Positions 12,774-25,469 are shown, counted from the whole stretch's first letter. The stretch is 62,802 nucleotides of DNA, filler included, from Bonamia ostreae (GCA_040357525.1; 40 parts of 40 records of this genome joined end to end with filler, not necessarily neighbours in it); one strand, 5' to 3'. Made by a program: numbers and translations. The notes: generated by a model from the sequence alone, not told the origin.

Positions 12774-13169
12774 TCATTTACTCTTTTTCCTCTTAAAAAT
12801 CAAGAACACAATTGAAAAGTGAATCGGCAATAATATCACATACAAAAGCTTATAAATCAACAGCGACTCCGTTAATGCCAAAATAGCTTTTCTTGAATAT
12901 CTTGCAAAAATCGGCAATTTTTTAATTTTATCTGCCCATTTTACCATTTTAAGCTTCGATTTCGATACAAATTTTTCCACTTTTGGCTTTTTGCGAAGAT
13001 ATTTTGCAAATTTTGTGTTCGCCAATTGCGCTGTCGGGCTCTTTATATAGAACAGTCCAGCCATTCCGATCCATGTTAGCCATCCTTGAGCTTTCAATAA
13101 AAATAAAGCTTTCGGCAAATCTTTTTTGTATATTCCGTTTTTTTCCATGTAGTTTTTGACTTTTTCCAT
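12774..13169 (-). CDS. Small basic two-TM hypothetical protein (possibly DUF1279/FAM210-like), protist
   Basis: Intact 131-aa ORF with two hydrophobic segments. Family resemblance is weak. Confidence 0.45.
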   Translation of the reverse strand: MEKVKNYMEKNGIYKKDLPKALFLLKAQGWLTWIGMAGLFYIKSPTAQLANTKFAKYLRKKPKVEKFVSKSKLKMVKWADKIKKLPIFARYSRKAILALTESLLIYKLLYVILLPIHFSIVFLIFKRKKSK

Positions 13170-13774
13170 TTCGAGAAATAAAGCTAAATCGAATCGGAAT
13201 TGTTATTATATCGGTTTTGATATTTTGATCAGTTTTGGCTATTTTTTTATTATATCTTTTTTTTGCTATTAGCAATGGCTTGATTTTCTGTTTCATTAAA
13301 ATTAAAATTTGATTTACTCTTTTTTTGGTAAAATCTGATTTACAAATTATTTTTAAAAATTTGTAAAAATGGAATTAAAGGATGGAATCAGAAAAAATAA
13401 CGTAACTCAGATTTACCATTTTTGTTTGTTGTCATCATTCTTTTATTCCATTTTTGTTTTGTTGTCATAATGAAGAAATTACAGTTAGAATAAAGAAACA
13501 CAGGAACATATTTTCGCTATTAAAAATTTTTGTTTATTTTTACCTTATTTTCCCGTCCCGTTCGTTTAAAAAGTTGTTTTTACTATCTGAAGAGATTTTA
13601 ACAGAAAAAGTGCTGAGCCAATGATAATGCTCGGAAAAAAAGTGATTTCAAGCAATAAAAAAGGAAAGGAGGTAAGAACACCATGACTTTGTATACTGTA
13701 AGCGATTCAATACAATGTTAAGATAATAATATCGATAACAATATCAATACAATGTCAAGATAATAATATTTTAA

Positions 13775-14125
13775 TCAATATATTACTTTACGATTTTGAC
13801 AACAATCGTATATGCCTTTCACAATCACACCAATCAAAAGTAAACCTAAAACGGAAACAACGACTATAGCCAAAGCCATACATCCCAAATGGTCAGCAAA
13901 TACGTTAGGTGTTTCGGGAGGATAAATGGGTGGGAATTCCGTAAATTTTTTCTCAACGGGAATAGCGGAAACTTCTTTCTCTGAGCATTCCAATGCTTCA
14001 ATAGATAATGCATCGCTAAAAGCAGAAACGTATTTGTCATGATCGCATTTGAAGACGGAATCGACCAATGCTTTTCCGTTCAAAGTCACTTCCTTGTTTC
14101 TATCGACGCAACCTATTTTGATGAA
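13775..14125 (-). CDS. C-terminus of Cys-module type I membrane protein, probable paralog of 9563-10794
   Basis: CVDRNKEVTLNGKALVDSVFKC matches the C-x9-NG-x2-L-x-D-x3/4-C module, followed by a Pro-rich stalk, TM and CC..RK tail. Confidence 0.6.
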   Translation of the reverse strand, partial: FIKIGCVDRNKEVTLNGKALVDSVFKCDHDKYVSAFSDALSIEALECSEKEVSAIPVEKKFTEFPPIYPPETPNVFADHLGCMALAIVVVSVLGLLLIGVIVKGIYDCCQNRKVIY

Positions 14126-15219
14126 NNNNNNNNNNNNNNNNNNNNNNNNNNNNNNNNNNNNNNNNNNNNTTAATTAATTAANNNNNNNNNNNNNNNNNNN
14201 NNNNNNNNNNNNNNNNNNNNNNNNNGAGAGAGTTATAATTAAAAATTTAAAATGTTGATCATGAGATGAAAAAGTATATTGATTATCATGTGATTGAATT
14301 CGGATTGGCGAAGATAAAATAGAATGTTATACTTATTCACCATACTAACTGAATACGACTTTGGATATTTTTTTTCAATATTTGACCAAAACTTCTAAAT
14401 TGATGCGATTGGTTATCATATTTTATCGTCCAATGAAAATTCGCGTCTCTAATCACTTTGGATAGGTCTTGCACTGTAATTGTAAAAAAAAAAAAATGGC
14501 TGACCAAGTATCGTTTCATAAGCTATAGTAACCGGCTTCCAAGTTTGAATTATTCCATCATATAATAAAATAATTTTTGAAATTTTCTTGATGAAAGCAA
14601 TAGCTATTATATCTTTGGCATTTTTTATGATTAGGACTAGAAACTTCAGTGAATTTTTATTTCATTTACTAGGACGGCCTATAAACATTTCCGATTTGGT
14701 TCAGGATGACGAAAGTAGAAAGTGAACCTAACCAAGGACAATACGGTGACTTTTTTTTTTTTTTTTTTTTATATCAGTGTGAAAATAAATAAACAGCGTG
14801 TATGTAGAGAGTATCATCAAGCACCATAAGAGTTCTATTGCATTCTGTTCCAATTCAGCATAATTTTCTTCCTTCTTGGTAATGCTGTTCGAATGGTTGG
14901 AGAGAGGGTGTGAATTATATTAATTAATAAAAAAGAAGTTGCATGGTCATTTCAGTTTTGACTTTTTATGTATTGAAGAGAAAAAATAGGCATTTTCTAG
15001 GTGAAAAACGATGCTTTAGGACAATATTTGTAATTACAACGCTTTAAACTCGGCGGATATTGTGCTTCTCGTATTGCTAAATCATCGTATTGACCGACAA
15101 AAGGACAATTATTTTCTAACATGCCTAACGCCGAGGTCAAACTCTGAATTTCGATTGGCTTATTTATAATGTTTGTATATATTGCTTTACATCATATTTG
15201 AGAATATTTCGAACACTTA

Positions 15220-15470
15220 GAAAGGTTACCAGCTTTAGATGAAGTGCCACAAAAGTGACGTACGCATAGAGCCTTAAAGATTGGGGTTCTTTATCGTGCA
15301 ACGCCCACTGTAACACGGAATATCCCGTTTTAAAAAAAATTGTGTTTGATTTCTAAAACCGGGCGCATGGCAAAGGGACAATCACTACCCATGTTAAACG
15401 TTTTAGGTTTGCTGCGATCTCGAGACCGACCCCGGTCCTCACGGTTGAGAAGTGACGCCCTAACCAAGTG
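15220..15470 (-). mobile_element. Degenerate tRNA-derived SINE, bivalve type
   Basis: Minus strand starts with an A-box-like TGGTTAGGGCG. The body (TAGTGATTGTCCCTTTGCC..GCACGATAAAGAACCC) resembles recalled oyster SINEs. Confidence 0.45.
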
Positions 15471-18184
15471 GTACGCTCTAGCCCCTTTACAATTTGATAT
15501 GACATACCTGTTATATATGATATATGCATAATAGATTGTAGTGAAGTTATTCGGAATTATATAATCGGCGCTTTCGGAATGCAGAGAACTTGTTCGGAAT
15601 TATAAAATCCATTCATTCTGATGTCGTATTATTGTGGTGAATTTGCTTCATGTACCATAAAATCGTGCAGGATAATTTTGTGAGTCGCTGTGAACTGTGA
15701 ATGNNNNNNNNNNNNNNNNNNNNNNNNNNNNNNNNNNNNNNNNNNNNTTAATTAATTAANNNNNNNNNNNNNNNNNNNNNNNNNNNNNNNNNNNNNNNNN
15801 NNNTTATGCTGATGAGCCATAAGAATTAAAGCCAAAAACAATACAATACTATCCACGAAGTATTACATATGTAGTATGTATCAGAATACCATTGACTATT
15901 CAAAAAGCGAGGTTCAAAATAGCAATCTGTTAACCGAATGACTTACCCATTGTCAATTCATCTCTTGCTTGTTCTGGCCATTCTACAGACTCTGTGTATC
16001 TAGGCACAACTCCAGCACATTCATCTTAAAATCATAGTTAGAAACTTATATAAGATCATAATGTATTTCAAAGAAGTGAATTAAAATTTAAAATTCATGA
16101 CAGGATGAATTCCCTAGCTGTTTGATAAAGATTGTAGTTGTCAATCTACATGTATATAATGCAATCGTTGGTTTTGCCTTTTATCATTATCATTTGCAAA
16201 ATGTCCACTCATTTAAAGAATTCATAAGCTGCAGATGTAGCCAAATTAATTTGAAAAACAAAATGAGGATAGAACTATGTACACATACATGTATTTCCAA
16301 TACTCGTTCCAGGCCTACCAAATTTAAAACAAATACTCAGATTTTAGTGATGTGAAGCTACTGCTGGAGTGTAAACCAATTAGGAAAGGTTGTATGCACA
16401 TGTTTTACTGTTGCTTATTAAATTGTGAACATACGTAGAATGCTGGTATTTCTACACAACGTTTGCATGATTTTAAAAGTATCCACCAAGATATATGTAC
16501 CTGTAGGAGAACTAATCTGCAATTACCCTATTTGCCAATATTTCAAAATACACAGATTCAGGTTTGTTCAAATTGTGACCCCCAGAGGTAGAGTAGGGTA
16601 ACATTAGGGGACTAAAATTTAAGAAGGAAATTGTCTCTCCTCAATGGCTATTATGGATTACGGAACGGTCGAGCATTCATTTAGAAAATATTTGTAGACA
16701 AGTAGGGTAGTCACATGATCAGATATTATGAAATACAGAGGGGTTCACGGCAAATTAAAGCAGGTACTGTCACACTCATTTAGCAAAATGGATATTTAAT
16801 ATAATCGGCCAGTGCATACTATCTATTCAGGGTACATTTCTGTATTCGGGTCTGAAGATTGTGCTGGAGAAGTCCCATTTAGGATGTAATACGTAAAATG
16901 ATCAAGTTGAATGTAAAAAGAATCGAAATGCTGATCTTTGTCTTGAAAAGAACTAAATAAAAATTCATAATCATACGTCTGCTACCTCCCCAATGTAAAT
17001 ATTTTATTATGTCATTCTATGATTATCAAGGTGTATATTGAATTAAATCTTTATCTAAAATTACTTTTAATCATTATTATTATTCAATATTCATAGATAT
17101 CATTGTTATTATCTTTGATAATGGAAACACGTTTTTCCATATAAGAATACTGAACTTTGTACTTATGTTTTTCGGTTATCTATACAACTATTTCTAAACC
17201 GTTCTCTCGTCCTTTCTACGCGACGATTCAAAGTCGTTACTTTACTGGATTTGATTATAAAACACTTTCCTGTTTGTCGTTNNNNNNNNNNNNNNNNNNN
17301 NNNNNNNNNNNNNNNNNNNNNNNNNTTAATTAATTAANNNNNNNNNNNNNNNNNNNNNNNNNNNNNNNNNNNNNNNNNNNNAATCTTTTGATTTATTAAA
17401 TTTTCCTTATTTCAACAAATTTAATAAATTTCGTATTTTGCTTTATTAATTTTCTTCTTTTCGTCAAATTTAATAAATTTAGTTTTTTACTTTATTAATT
17501 TTCATCTTTTGCTTTATTAATTTTCATCTTTTGCTTTATTAAATTTTACTTTTTTCAACAAATTTAACAAATTTCAGAAATTTTGCTAAACTTTAATTTT
17601 TCGAGAAGGATTTTAATAACTAAAACATCTCCAAATCGATTTCTCATTGTTTCGTACAAATTAACTTTTCTTCGAATAAATTCGACGAATTGTTGACGAT
17701 GAACTTTAAGTTTTATTCTTTCGAACGTCTTTTTGCGAATATTTTTTAATTTCGTCTTTTTAAATCGTTTGTGAATTTTCGTTTGTGTTTAAAACACTTT
17801 TCTTGTGCTGTTTTAACAAGATTTATCAATAATTTGTTTATTTTCCTTCTGAGGAGTTGTCACTTGCACATTCGATAAAGGATTATTGTACATAAGGGGA
17901 GTTCGCAATATTAAAGTAACAAAAATATAATCGATGGAATTTATTCAAAGAAAGTGGAAGTCGATCATCGAAAGTTATGATAAAAACATCGAAAGCGTAA
18001 CTTTTATGGCGAAAAGATCGATGATAATATCAGTCGCTTATTAAATTTAGTTGTTTATTGTGAAGAAATATTTGTAGCAATCACAAAATTTACAAGAACA
18101 ATGTCATTAATTAAACTTTTATAGTTTTTATCATCATTTTTGAATATTTTTTCACAAAAAAATTTCTCGAAAAATGACAAATTT

Positions 18185-18859
18185 TCATTTATTTTTCTTC
18201 AAAGTTTCTTTAATCTCGTTCAAACGACCTAGACAATCCGGCCGATTCGGAAGATAAAAAACTTTTTCGACGATCAAATTGTAGAGAGAAGGCAAAAAAT
18301 AGCCGATTAACGAAGCGATCCAAACGTTCGAAGGAAAATAAATTTCTTCTTTCTGTTCCGAAACTGCGCGAACGAAGCATTTAGCCAAATTTTCAGGCGA
18401 AACCGATTTCGTTTTTAGTCCGTGATGGTCTCTTGTAAACGCGGTGTCGGTTGCTCCCGGGTACATTATTGTTACATTTATTGGATGCCCTACAAGACAC
18501 ATCTCGCGTCTGAAATTGGAAAAATAAGCCCTCAAAGCGCTTTTTGCTGCAACGTAGGATCCGTCGAATGGGAGCGCGCCCTTGTTGCAAAAAATTGCTA
18601 AGAAAAAATGGCGAAATAATAAAATTTGGACAAACGGCAACGCCGCCTGAACATGTGACAGCAACAGAAGGTTTAATTTTGGAAGCGACAAGACCACACA
18701 AAGAAATGAAAAGCAGTCTGACATGGCTCTCATAATTGCACTGGTTGATTTTCTGGAAATGGAGCCAATTTATTCCTCTTTCGTATTCCAGACAGAATCT
18801 GTTTTCTAAAATTCCGTGGTTTAAATGGAGCACGTCGATACGCTCAAAAAGACTTTCTG
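18185..18859 (-). CDS. Short-chain dehydrogenase/reductase (11-beta-HSD/DHRS7-like), 5' partial, protist
   Basis: RIDVLHLNHG..VTCSGGVA|GALPFDGSYVAAK (YxxxK)..VTIMYPGATDT. The 55-nt intron 18581-18635 joins the two ORFs. Confidence 0.85.
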
Positions 18860-18960
18860 NNNNNNNNNNNNNNNNNNNNNNNNNNNNNNNNNNNNNNNNN
18901 NNNTTAATTAATTAANNNNNNNNNNNNNNNNNNNNNNNNNNNNNNNNNNNNNNNNNNNNC

Positions 18961-19727
18961 CGCCGTTATATTTTCAAAAAAATCCGAGATAAGCTTGTAA
19001 AAGATAAAAGAAAAAACGATAGAAAACTAAAAGATAAAAATAAAAATGAATAAAATGACTTTTTGGAATTGTTGAGAGAGCTAAGTCTGGAAAAAACTTT
19101 GTTTCATTCTAAAACGACTTGGGCCGAGTTAAAGAAAATCGATAAGTTTTGTGAAGATAAAAGGTTTTTTTGCAAATTTTTTTGAAATTTAATGTTTTTG
19201 TAAAACTCAATTTTAAGATACAAAATTTTTCTGGAAAACGAAAAACGGCAAAAATTGGCAGAAAAATTTTTTGAAAAGTATTGTTGCGACTTGGAAGATC
19301 GACTGCTAAAACAAAAAACTGATATAAAGCGAATTTTAAGGAAAAAACGCAAACGAGTCGGTGTCGACGATAAAGTTTATCAATTTTTTAATTTTAATTT
19401 ATTTTCGATTTTATTTCGTCATTTTATTCAATTTTTTGTTAATTTATTTAATTTTTCAATTTTAATTCGTTTATCATTTTTTCAGTTTTTATTCATTTTT
19501 AATCAAATTTAATTAAATTTTTTCATTCTAAATTTTTTGTTGATATTATTCAATTTTAATTTGTTATTCAATTTTTAAAGGTTGAAAAGTTATTTAAGAC
19601 TTTTAAGAAAAGCACAGAAAAAGCTCGCATCAAACCAAATTGCACAAAAGTAATATTTCTTGAAATGATTGCTAAAGCTCGCCATAAACAACAAAAGAAG
19701 AACGCGTCCAAAAAGAAAGAACAATAA
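18961..19727 (+). CDS. PRP40: PRP40-like FF-domain splicing factor, C-terminal part, protist
   Basis: NDFLELLREL..KTTWAEL..EDKRY..FFEKYCCDLEDR..IKRILRKK..KVIFLEMIAKA aligns by recall with the last Prp40 FF repeats. Introns 19164-19217 and 19375-19580. One in-frame TAA at 19051. Confidence 0.65.
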
Positions 19728-19882
19728 AAAATTGAAATTTATATTTTAAACAAATCTTTTTATTTTGTTCAAAAATTGCCATTATTCAAATTTCAAAAAA
19801 TTAATTAAAAATAAGCTTTTAAATATATAGGAAATCGGTAATAATGTTTATTCAATTGAATAAAAATTTGTAAAAAGTTTTA

Positions 19883-20074
19883 TTAATTTGAGCCAACGAT
19901 GTCGAAATTTTTGATAAAATTATCGTCGTTTTTCGATGGCAAATCATCTTTAAAATTTAGTAAATATTTTATAGACGATTGGTAGTTTTGTCCATTTTGC
20001 TTTAAAACTGTTTTTGCAAAATCCAGAGGCAAATTAAAATGATTTGAAAGTTTGATAGCATCATTTTTGTCCAT
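19883..20074 (-). CDS. Small UBA-like protein or exon
   Basis: IKLSNHFNLPLDFAKTVLKQNGQNYQSSIKYL fits a UBA-like three-helix pattern. Confidence 0.3.
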   Translation of the reverse strand: MDKNDAIKLSNHFNLPLDFAKTVLKQNGQNYQSSIKYLLNFKDDLPSKNDDNFIKNFDIVGSN

Positions 20075-20845
20075 TTTTAAATTTTAGCAATTATATCTAA
20101 AATACTATTTTAGCCTTTAAATTTTTTCTTTTTTGTACATTTTTTCTTTAAAATTTTTCTTTATCCGAAAAATAAATTTCTCGAGTAAAATGCCACATTT
20201 TAAAAATTTCTCGAATGTACTGTTGTTTAATCTAGGAAATTTTGAAAATTAGATTTGAACTATAAAAATTTGATTAAAAGTTTTTAATAATTATTTAAAC
20301 TATAAAAATTGTCCTTTATAAATTTAATAATTATTTAATTGTCCATTAAATTAATGGACAAAATATGTTATCAAAAGACGTTTTATTCAAAATCTGTTAT
20401 AAAAATCTATTATAAAATGTTATCAAATTAGCCACANNNNNNNNNNNNNNNNNNNNNNNNNNNNNNNNNNNNNNNNNNNNTTAATTAATTAANNNNNNNN
20501 NNNNNNNNNNNNNNNNNNNNNNNNNNNNNNNNNNNNTAAGGAGAGCTCCGCCATCTATAAACAGAGATGTGTTTTTGGATTTGTTAATACCTTGTATTCT
20601 CATCGCTGTTGGAAAAGTATGTTTCCTGTGAACTTTGTGATTTTCTCTATGACATTATTGAACTTGTGGAACTAGAATTATAACAGTTTAAGGTAGGGGA
20701 AATCTACATTCTGCCAGCATATTACACATTCGATTATGAGTTTCGCGCAGCATTTGGATTATACGGATACGGGGGAAATCTTGATCTTCATCACTTTGAG
20801 AGAGAGACTGAATGAAAAAAGATGAATGTAGATCTCCCCACCTAG

Positions 20846-21975
20846 ATGAATGAAATACATAAACACATACATCAGTATTTGTCCTCATCATCATACCAAT
20901 CACACTTTACAAAAGACGACCAAAGGAAAATCTGAGCACGGTCAAGGAGGTATGAACCAAAGAGCGAGAAGTTATACTGGAAAAATAATAACGGTGAATT
21001 ATGAGAAGTTGTTTTACAGAAGTGATCAAAACTGCTTTTAAAAGCATTTCACGATGATATAGGTCATCTCGGGAGAGAAAGGACATATCAGATGCTTTCT
21101 GATATATACTATTGGAAAAACCTATTTGATGATGTCTGTGCGTACGTTACTTCTTGTGAAAAGTGTCAAATGACTTCGAATTTCGACAAGAGTCCTGAGG
21201 AGCTACATTCAATACCTGTGGTATTCCCATGGTTTCATGTTGGAATGGACTTAATCAAAATGCCTTTGTCCAAATCTGTCAATAATTATATTCTTACCAT
21301 GGTGGACTATTTTTCGACGTGGCAGCTCCACTACCAAACAAATCATCAGAAACCGTAGCAAGTGCACTACTGAATTTGTTTTTGCGAATGGGTTTCCCGA
21401 CCGTTTTTAGCAGTAATCAGGGAGGGGAATTCGTCAATGCCACAATGGATGTATTGAAGAACAGAACTGGAGCAGTACATAAAATATCTTCATCTTACCA
21501 TCCCCAAACAAACGATCTCACCGAGAGATTTAATAGAACATTACAGGAAATGTTAATCAAAATTTGTTCTGACGACCAAACGGATTGGAATGAATTTCTC
21601 GATGAACTTTTCTTCTCATATCGAGTAGGGAAACAGAAGTCTACAAAAAATATCTCCCTTTGAGATATTTGCACGAAACCCAGTAAGAGAACTAGGAGGA
21701 AACAATAGATGAAGGTGAAATAGTAAAAACAGTTGAGGAAATGCAAAAACTTCGACGCACTATTGAAAACAAAGTAAAGGGTAACATAAAAGTTTCACAA
21801 GAAGACCAAGTGTTAAGACATAAACGCATTATGACTGATACAAGAATCAAAGTTGGAGACAAGGTTGTGAGATATAATACTAGAAAGGCTTCAAAAAAGG
21901 ATTTTAAAAAATGGAAACAAAATGGCTTGGTCCCTACATTGTGCAAAACATCAATCAGAAGGGTTGTAATGAAGT
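20846..21975 (+). mobile_element. Decayed Gypsy-type integrase, probably Ginger1/GIN-like DNA transposon, host
   Basis: HHCC zinc finger (FHDDIGHLG..CEKCQ), DDE core (GMDLI..VDYFS..QGGEF..YHPQTNDLTERFN) and GPY (WLGPYIV). GIN1-like N-terminus, no RT/RNaseH upstream, stops and frameshifts. Confidence 0.85.
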
Positions 21976-22112
21976 CGATTCAGTTTTGCTGACTGAGCGT
22001 TTTGTATTTTTCNNNNNNNNNNNNNNNNNNNNNNNNNNNNNNNNNNNNNNNNNNNNTTAATTAATTAANNNNNNNNNNNNNNNNNNNNNNNNNNNNNNNN
22101 NNNNNNNNNNNN

Positions 22113-22552
22113 ATTTATGAGTATATGTATCCAGGCCTTCTAAAATGTCATAATTGTCTTCATCGTGTGAAAGTAAGTCTTCAGGGCTTTCGCTTGGTAA
22201 CCTGCAATGGTGAAACATACGAAGATAGACTATGTTTGTCAATGTAGCTAAAATGTTAACAAATCCTCCCATATCTTAAATAACATACCCCCAAGATTTA
22301 GCAAAGTCGTTTGGGTGCGTTTTGAAATAATCATACAGCGAAATATCACTCTCAGTTCCGTCCTTCCACCTTAAGTCATTCGTTTGATTGTTATCCTGGA
22401 ATCCGCATAAGCCTGAGGTAGAATTGGTATCTGCAATCGTGGGATATATTTCTACATTAATATACCACAGAGTAGTAGAGGTAGTAGAGGTAAGCCATTC
22501 CCTTGATTCGTATATGGAAATTTTCACAGACGTGCCAGTGGGAAGAAAGACC
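22113..22552 (-). CDS. VWD/EGF-domain (VWDE-like) exons, host
   Basis: VFLPTGTSVKI..INVEIYPTIAD..TSGLCG..NDL..PNDFAKSW then a GTATG donor and a further exon. Confidence 0.7.
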
Positions 22553-22714
22553 TTCAAAAGACAGAAAGTGTACATCATACCAGTCAAATCAAACCATATC
22601 AATTGTATTTTCATGTTTAACATCAAACATCAGATGACTAGATCTATAACAAGCATGATTCATATTGTTAAGTTTCATTTAAAGACAGCTGTAAGTTAAT
22701 TATATGGTACTTAT

Positions 22715-22960
22715 TACGATGTAATTTACCTGTAAAACCGGCCATTGAGTCAAATACTGTATGTTGTTTTTCATACCAATTCTTTAGATGCTGATTTCAA
22801 TTACAACTTGCTGTTTACCTGATCAATATACGATATTGAAGGTGGGTGTGAATGGTCGAAGGGGGTACTCACTCCTCCTACCTACTTTATCCTGGCTCTG
22901 ATAAATCCAGGGGTCTGTGTTTGCCATACTCCAAATTTTATATTTTCGTAAACTATGTCA
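22715..22960 (+). mobile_element. Penelope-like 3' end/terminal repeat remnant
   Basis: GTTTACCTGATCAA..GGTGGGTGTGAATGGTCGAAGGGGGTACTCACTCCTCCTA..CCAGGGGTCTGTGTTTGCC, same family as 4780-4830 in the opposite orientation. Confidence 0.5.
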
Positions 22961-23714
22961 TTGTAATACTATGCAAAGAGAAGATAACGAACAGTGATAT
23001 TTATAACAATTGATTATCTACACCTTTACAGCTAACATTTCTTTCGGAATATCGCCCCTCTTCCTCTATTCCCATATGTGATTTGCTATTATTTTGCCCA
23101 ATGTCTCCACAAGTCTCTAACGGAATACAAAGTTTAGGATGAGGGGTCCCATAGAGAGAGTGAACGGTGTTAAGTGCTCTCGAAATCTGAGCTTTTGCTG
23201 TTTGTTGCTCCCCAATAAGCTCATGTCTATTGCAAAATGACCGTTTGGGAATCATACATTACATTTAATAGGAATATCTACAGACTACAGGCTTGCCATG
23301 TTATAAAATTTGTATAACTTTCAATGAAACAAAATTCTTCTATAATAACACTTTACAATCGCAGCTTTCCATTACACAGGGAAAGATAGATGGGACTCTG
23401 TTAAACATAGTGACATTACAAAAAAAATGTAAACTAGGTCTTTGGTTTGATACGGCCACTTGGATCCTGCATTGAACCGAACAGGTGACGTAACCACTTC
23501 TGAACCGCAGAGAAAATTTAGCATATATACTAGCTTGTTCACAATGATTGTTATAGTCCGTTAAAAAGCTCTTTATAGAACTTGTGTTNNNNNNNNNNNN
23601 NNNNNNNNNNNNNNNNNNNNNNNNNNNNNNNNTTAATTAATTAANNNNNNNNNNNNNNNNNNNNNNNNNNNNNNNNNNNNNNNNNNNNTATTAAAATTTA
23701 GCTAGCTCAAAAAC

Positions 23715-24137
23715 CGCAATAAGAATACCCTTTTGTATCGAGAGCACTAAAGACGTTTTGGTCAAAACGCAAAGTTCCTTTTTCGACATAACCGGGGCCG
23801 TTGTAAATTTTGACGAGGAAATATGAACAAGGGAATAATAAGACGAATAAAGTTAGAAAATAATAAAGCTTAGCAAAGACACTAAATTTTATAAAAATTA
23901 CATAAATATTGCAAAAATAGCAAATACAGCGATATTTGATATAATTATTAGAATAGGAAAAGCTCTTTCGGATTTTTTTATGTTATTGGGAGCGTCGTAA
24001 AATATTTTGGCATCCTGTGTTTCAACGTTATCCGAGAATAAAATTTTTTTGCTGGCCATTTTTTCGAAAAGAACCAAATCGGACTTTGACTTTAATGGCA
24101 TTCTAACAAATTTTTCTATCTCGTGGTCAACAGACAT
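23715..24137 (-). CDS. Probable DHHC palmitoyltransferase N-terminus, protist
   Basis: Two TM helices joined across the 20-nt intron 23882-23901, then GPGYV..GYSYC before the next GTTTTT donor. The DHHC motif itself would lie beyond the contig. Confidence 0.45.
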
Positions 24138-24223
24138 TCGATTTGCAAACAAATCAGTTATTAACAATAATCGATAAAATAGTTTAAGCTCTTAGCTAAA
24201 TAACAATAATTTAGCATTACAAA

Positions 24224-24739
24224 ATGGAAATCAAAAATAACTTAATAGAGTGTAGACAGGATTTCTTTAAAAATCGCCAAAAACGTTTCAACGAAATTTC
24301 CGAATTAATACAGTCTCAGCGAGATAAATTGGCCCCGCGAACCGAATTCAATCCATCTATTGAAGATCTTAGAAAAACTAAAAATCTTATCACAGAATTG
24401 GAAAACAGGACATGGGATGAAACATTTAAAACGCAAAACATTAAAAACGCAATTACGACTGAAAAGAGATTTCCTCTTAAAGAAATGACAAATGTTCTAA
24501 AACGAAAAATTGTTGTTGATAACCAAAAAACAGAAAACTACAAATCGCCCGAAAAGAGTAATTTATCACCGAAAATCGATTTATCGCCGATAAAAAACGT
24601 TTCAAACGACAAAATCGATTTCAGTTTTCAATTGGAAACGATTCAAAAAGAGTACGATTTGGTCAAAGATTTTATCGACAATGTTCCAAAGAACATTCCA
24701 GAATACTTTAATCTTGAAAAAAAGCTGTTACATTTATAA
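24224..24739 (+). CDS. Hypothetical coiled-coil protein, protist
   Basis: Intact 171-aa ORF, head-to-head with the DHHC-like gene. Confidence 0.55.
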   Translation: MEIKNNLIECRQDFFKNRQKRFNEISELIQSQRDKLAPRTEFNPSIEDLRKTKNLITELENRTWDETFKTQNIKNAITTEKRFPLKEMTNVLKRKIVVDNQKTENYKSPEKSNLSPKIDLSPIKNVSNDKIDFSFQLETIQKEYDLVKDFIDNVPKNIPEYFNLEKKLLHL

Positions 24740-25469
24740 GCTTTATTAGATATGTGTATATTAACCAATCCTAATATATTAGGATCATCAAGCTTTAAAA
24801 TATATACACAAAAATATCCGTTTAAAAATGAATGTAATTAGTAAAAAATTAATGTAGCACATTATAATCACAATTACAAATTCGCTTTAAATCATTGTAA
24901 AAAATTAAAATTACTAAAACTTGTTTAATGTCTTGTTAAATGACATAAATTATTTATAAAGTCGATTGCTTAAATCAAAACAAAAAACGATCGAATTCAG
25001 ATCGAAATACTCCCAAAAAATCGTCAATAATCAAATTGATTTGACAAAAAACGATTATTCGCAGAAAAACATCAAAAATGGCTTAAAGTCATCGAACGAA
25101 ATAACAATATTTAGCAATAAAAATGACAAAAATAATATTTATACAAATTACGACTACAAAAATANNNNNNNNNNNNNNNNNNNNNNNNNNNNNNNNNNNN
25201 NNNNNNNNTTAATTAATTAANNNNNNNNNNNNNNNNNNNNNNNNNNNNNNNNNNNNNNNNNNNNGCTAAAACCCTTCACCTCTTGGTGAACGTTTTAACA
25301 AAGCAACAGTGGAATATAAATTAGATATTGAAGAAACATTCTCAAACTTGAGTATATAACATGTGGTAACTATTACATAATCACATCATTATGAGTTTTC
25401 CGCATTGTTGTCATATCTCTGAGGAAATGGTTGATGTATCTTATGTGAACTCATTTTCTTTATGATTCT

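Noticed and set aside
19051-19053. TAA reassignment in the main protist
   Set aside because: This is a single case inside a local duplication. TAA is the normal terminator of eL6, LTN1, PRP40 and the surface-protein genes.
20846-21040. In-frame TGA as selenocysteine or Trp recoding
   Set aside because: The element also has frameshifts, and the positions fit CGA to TGA decay.
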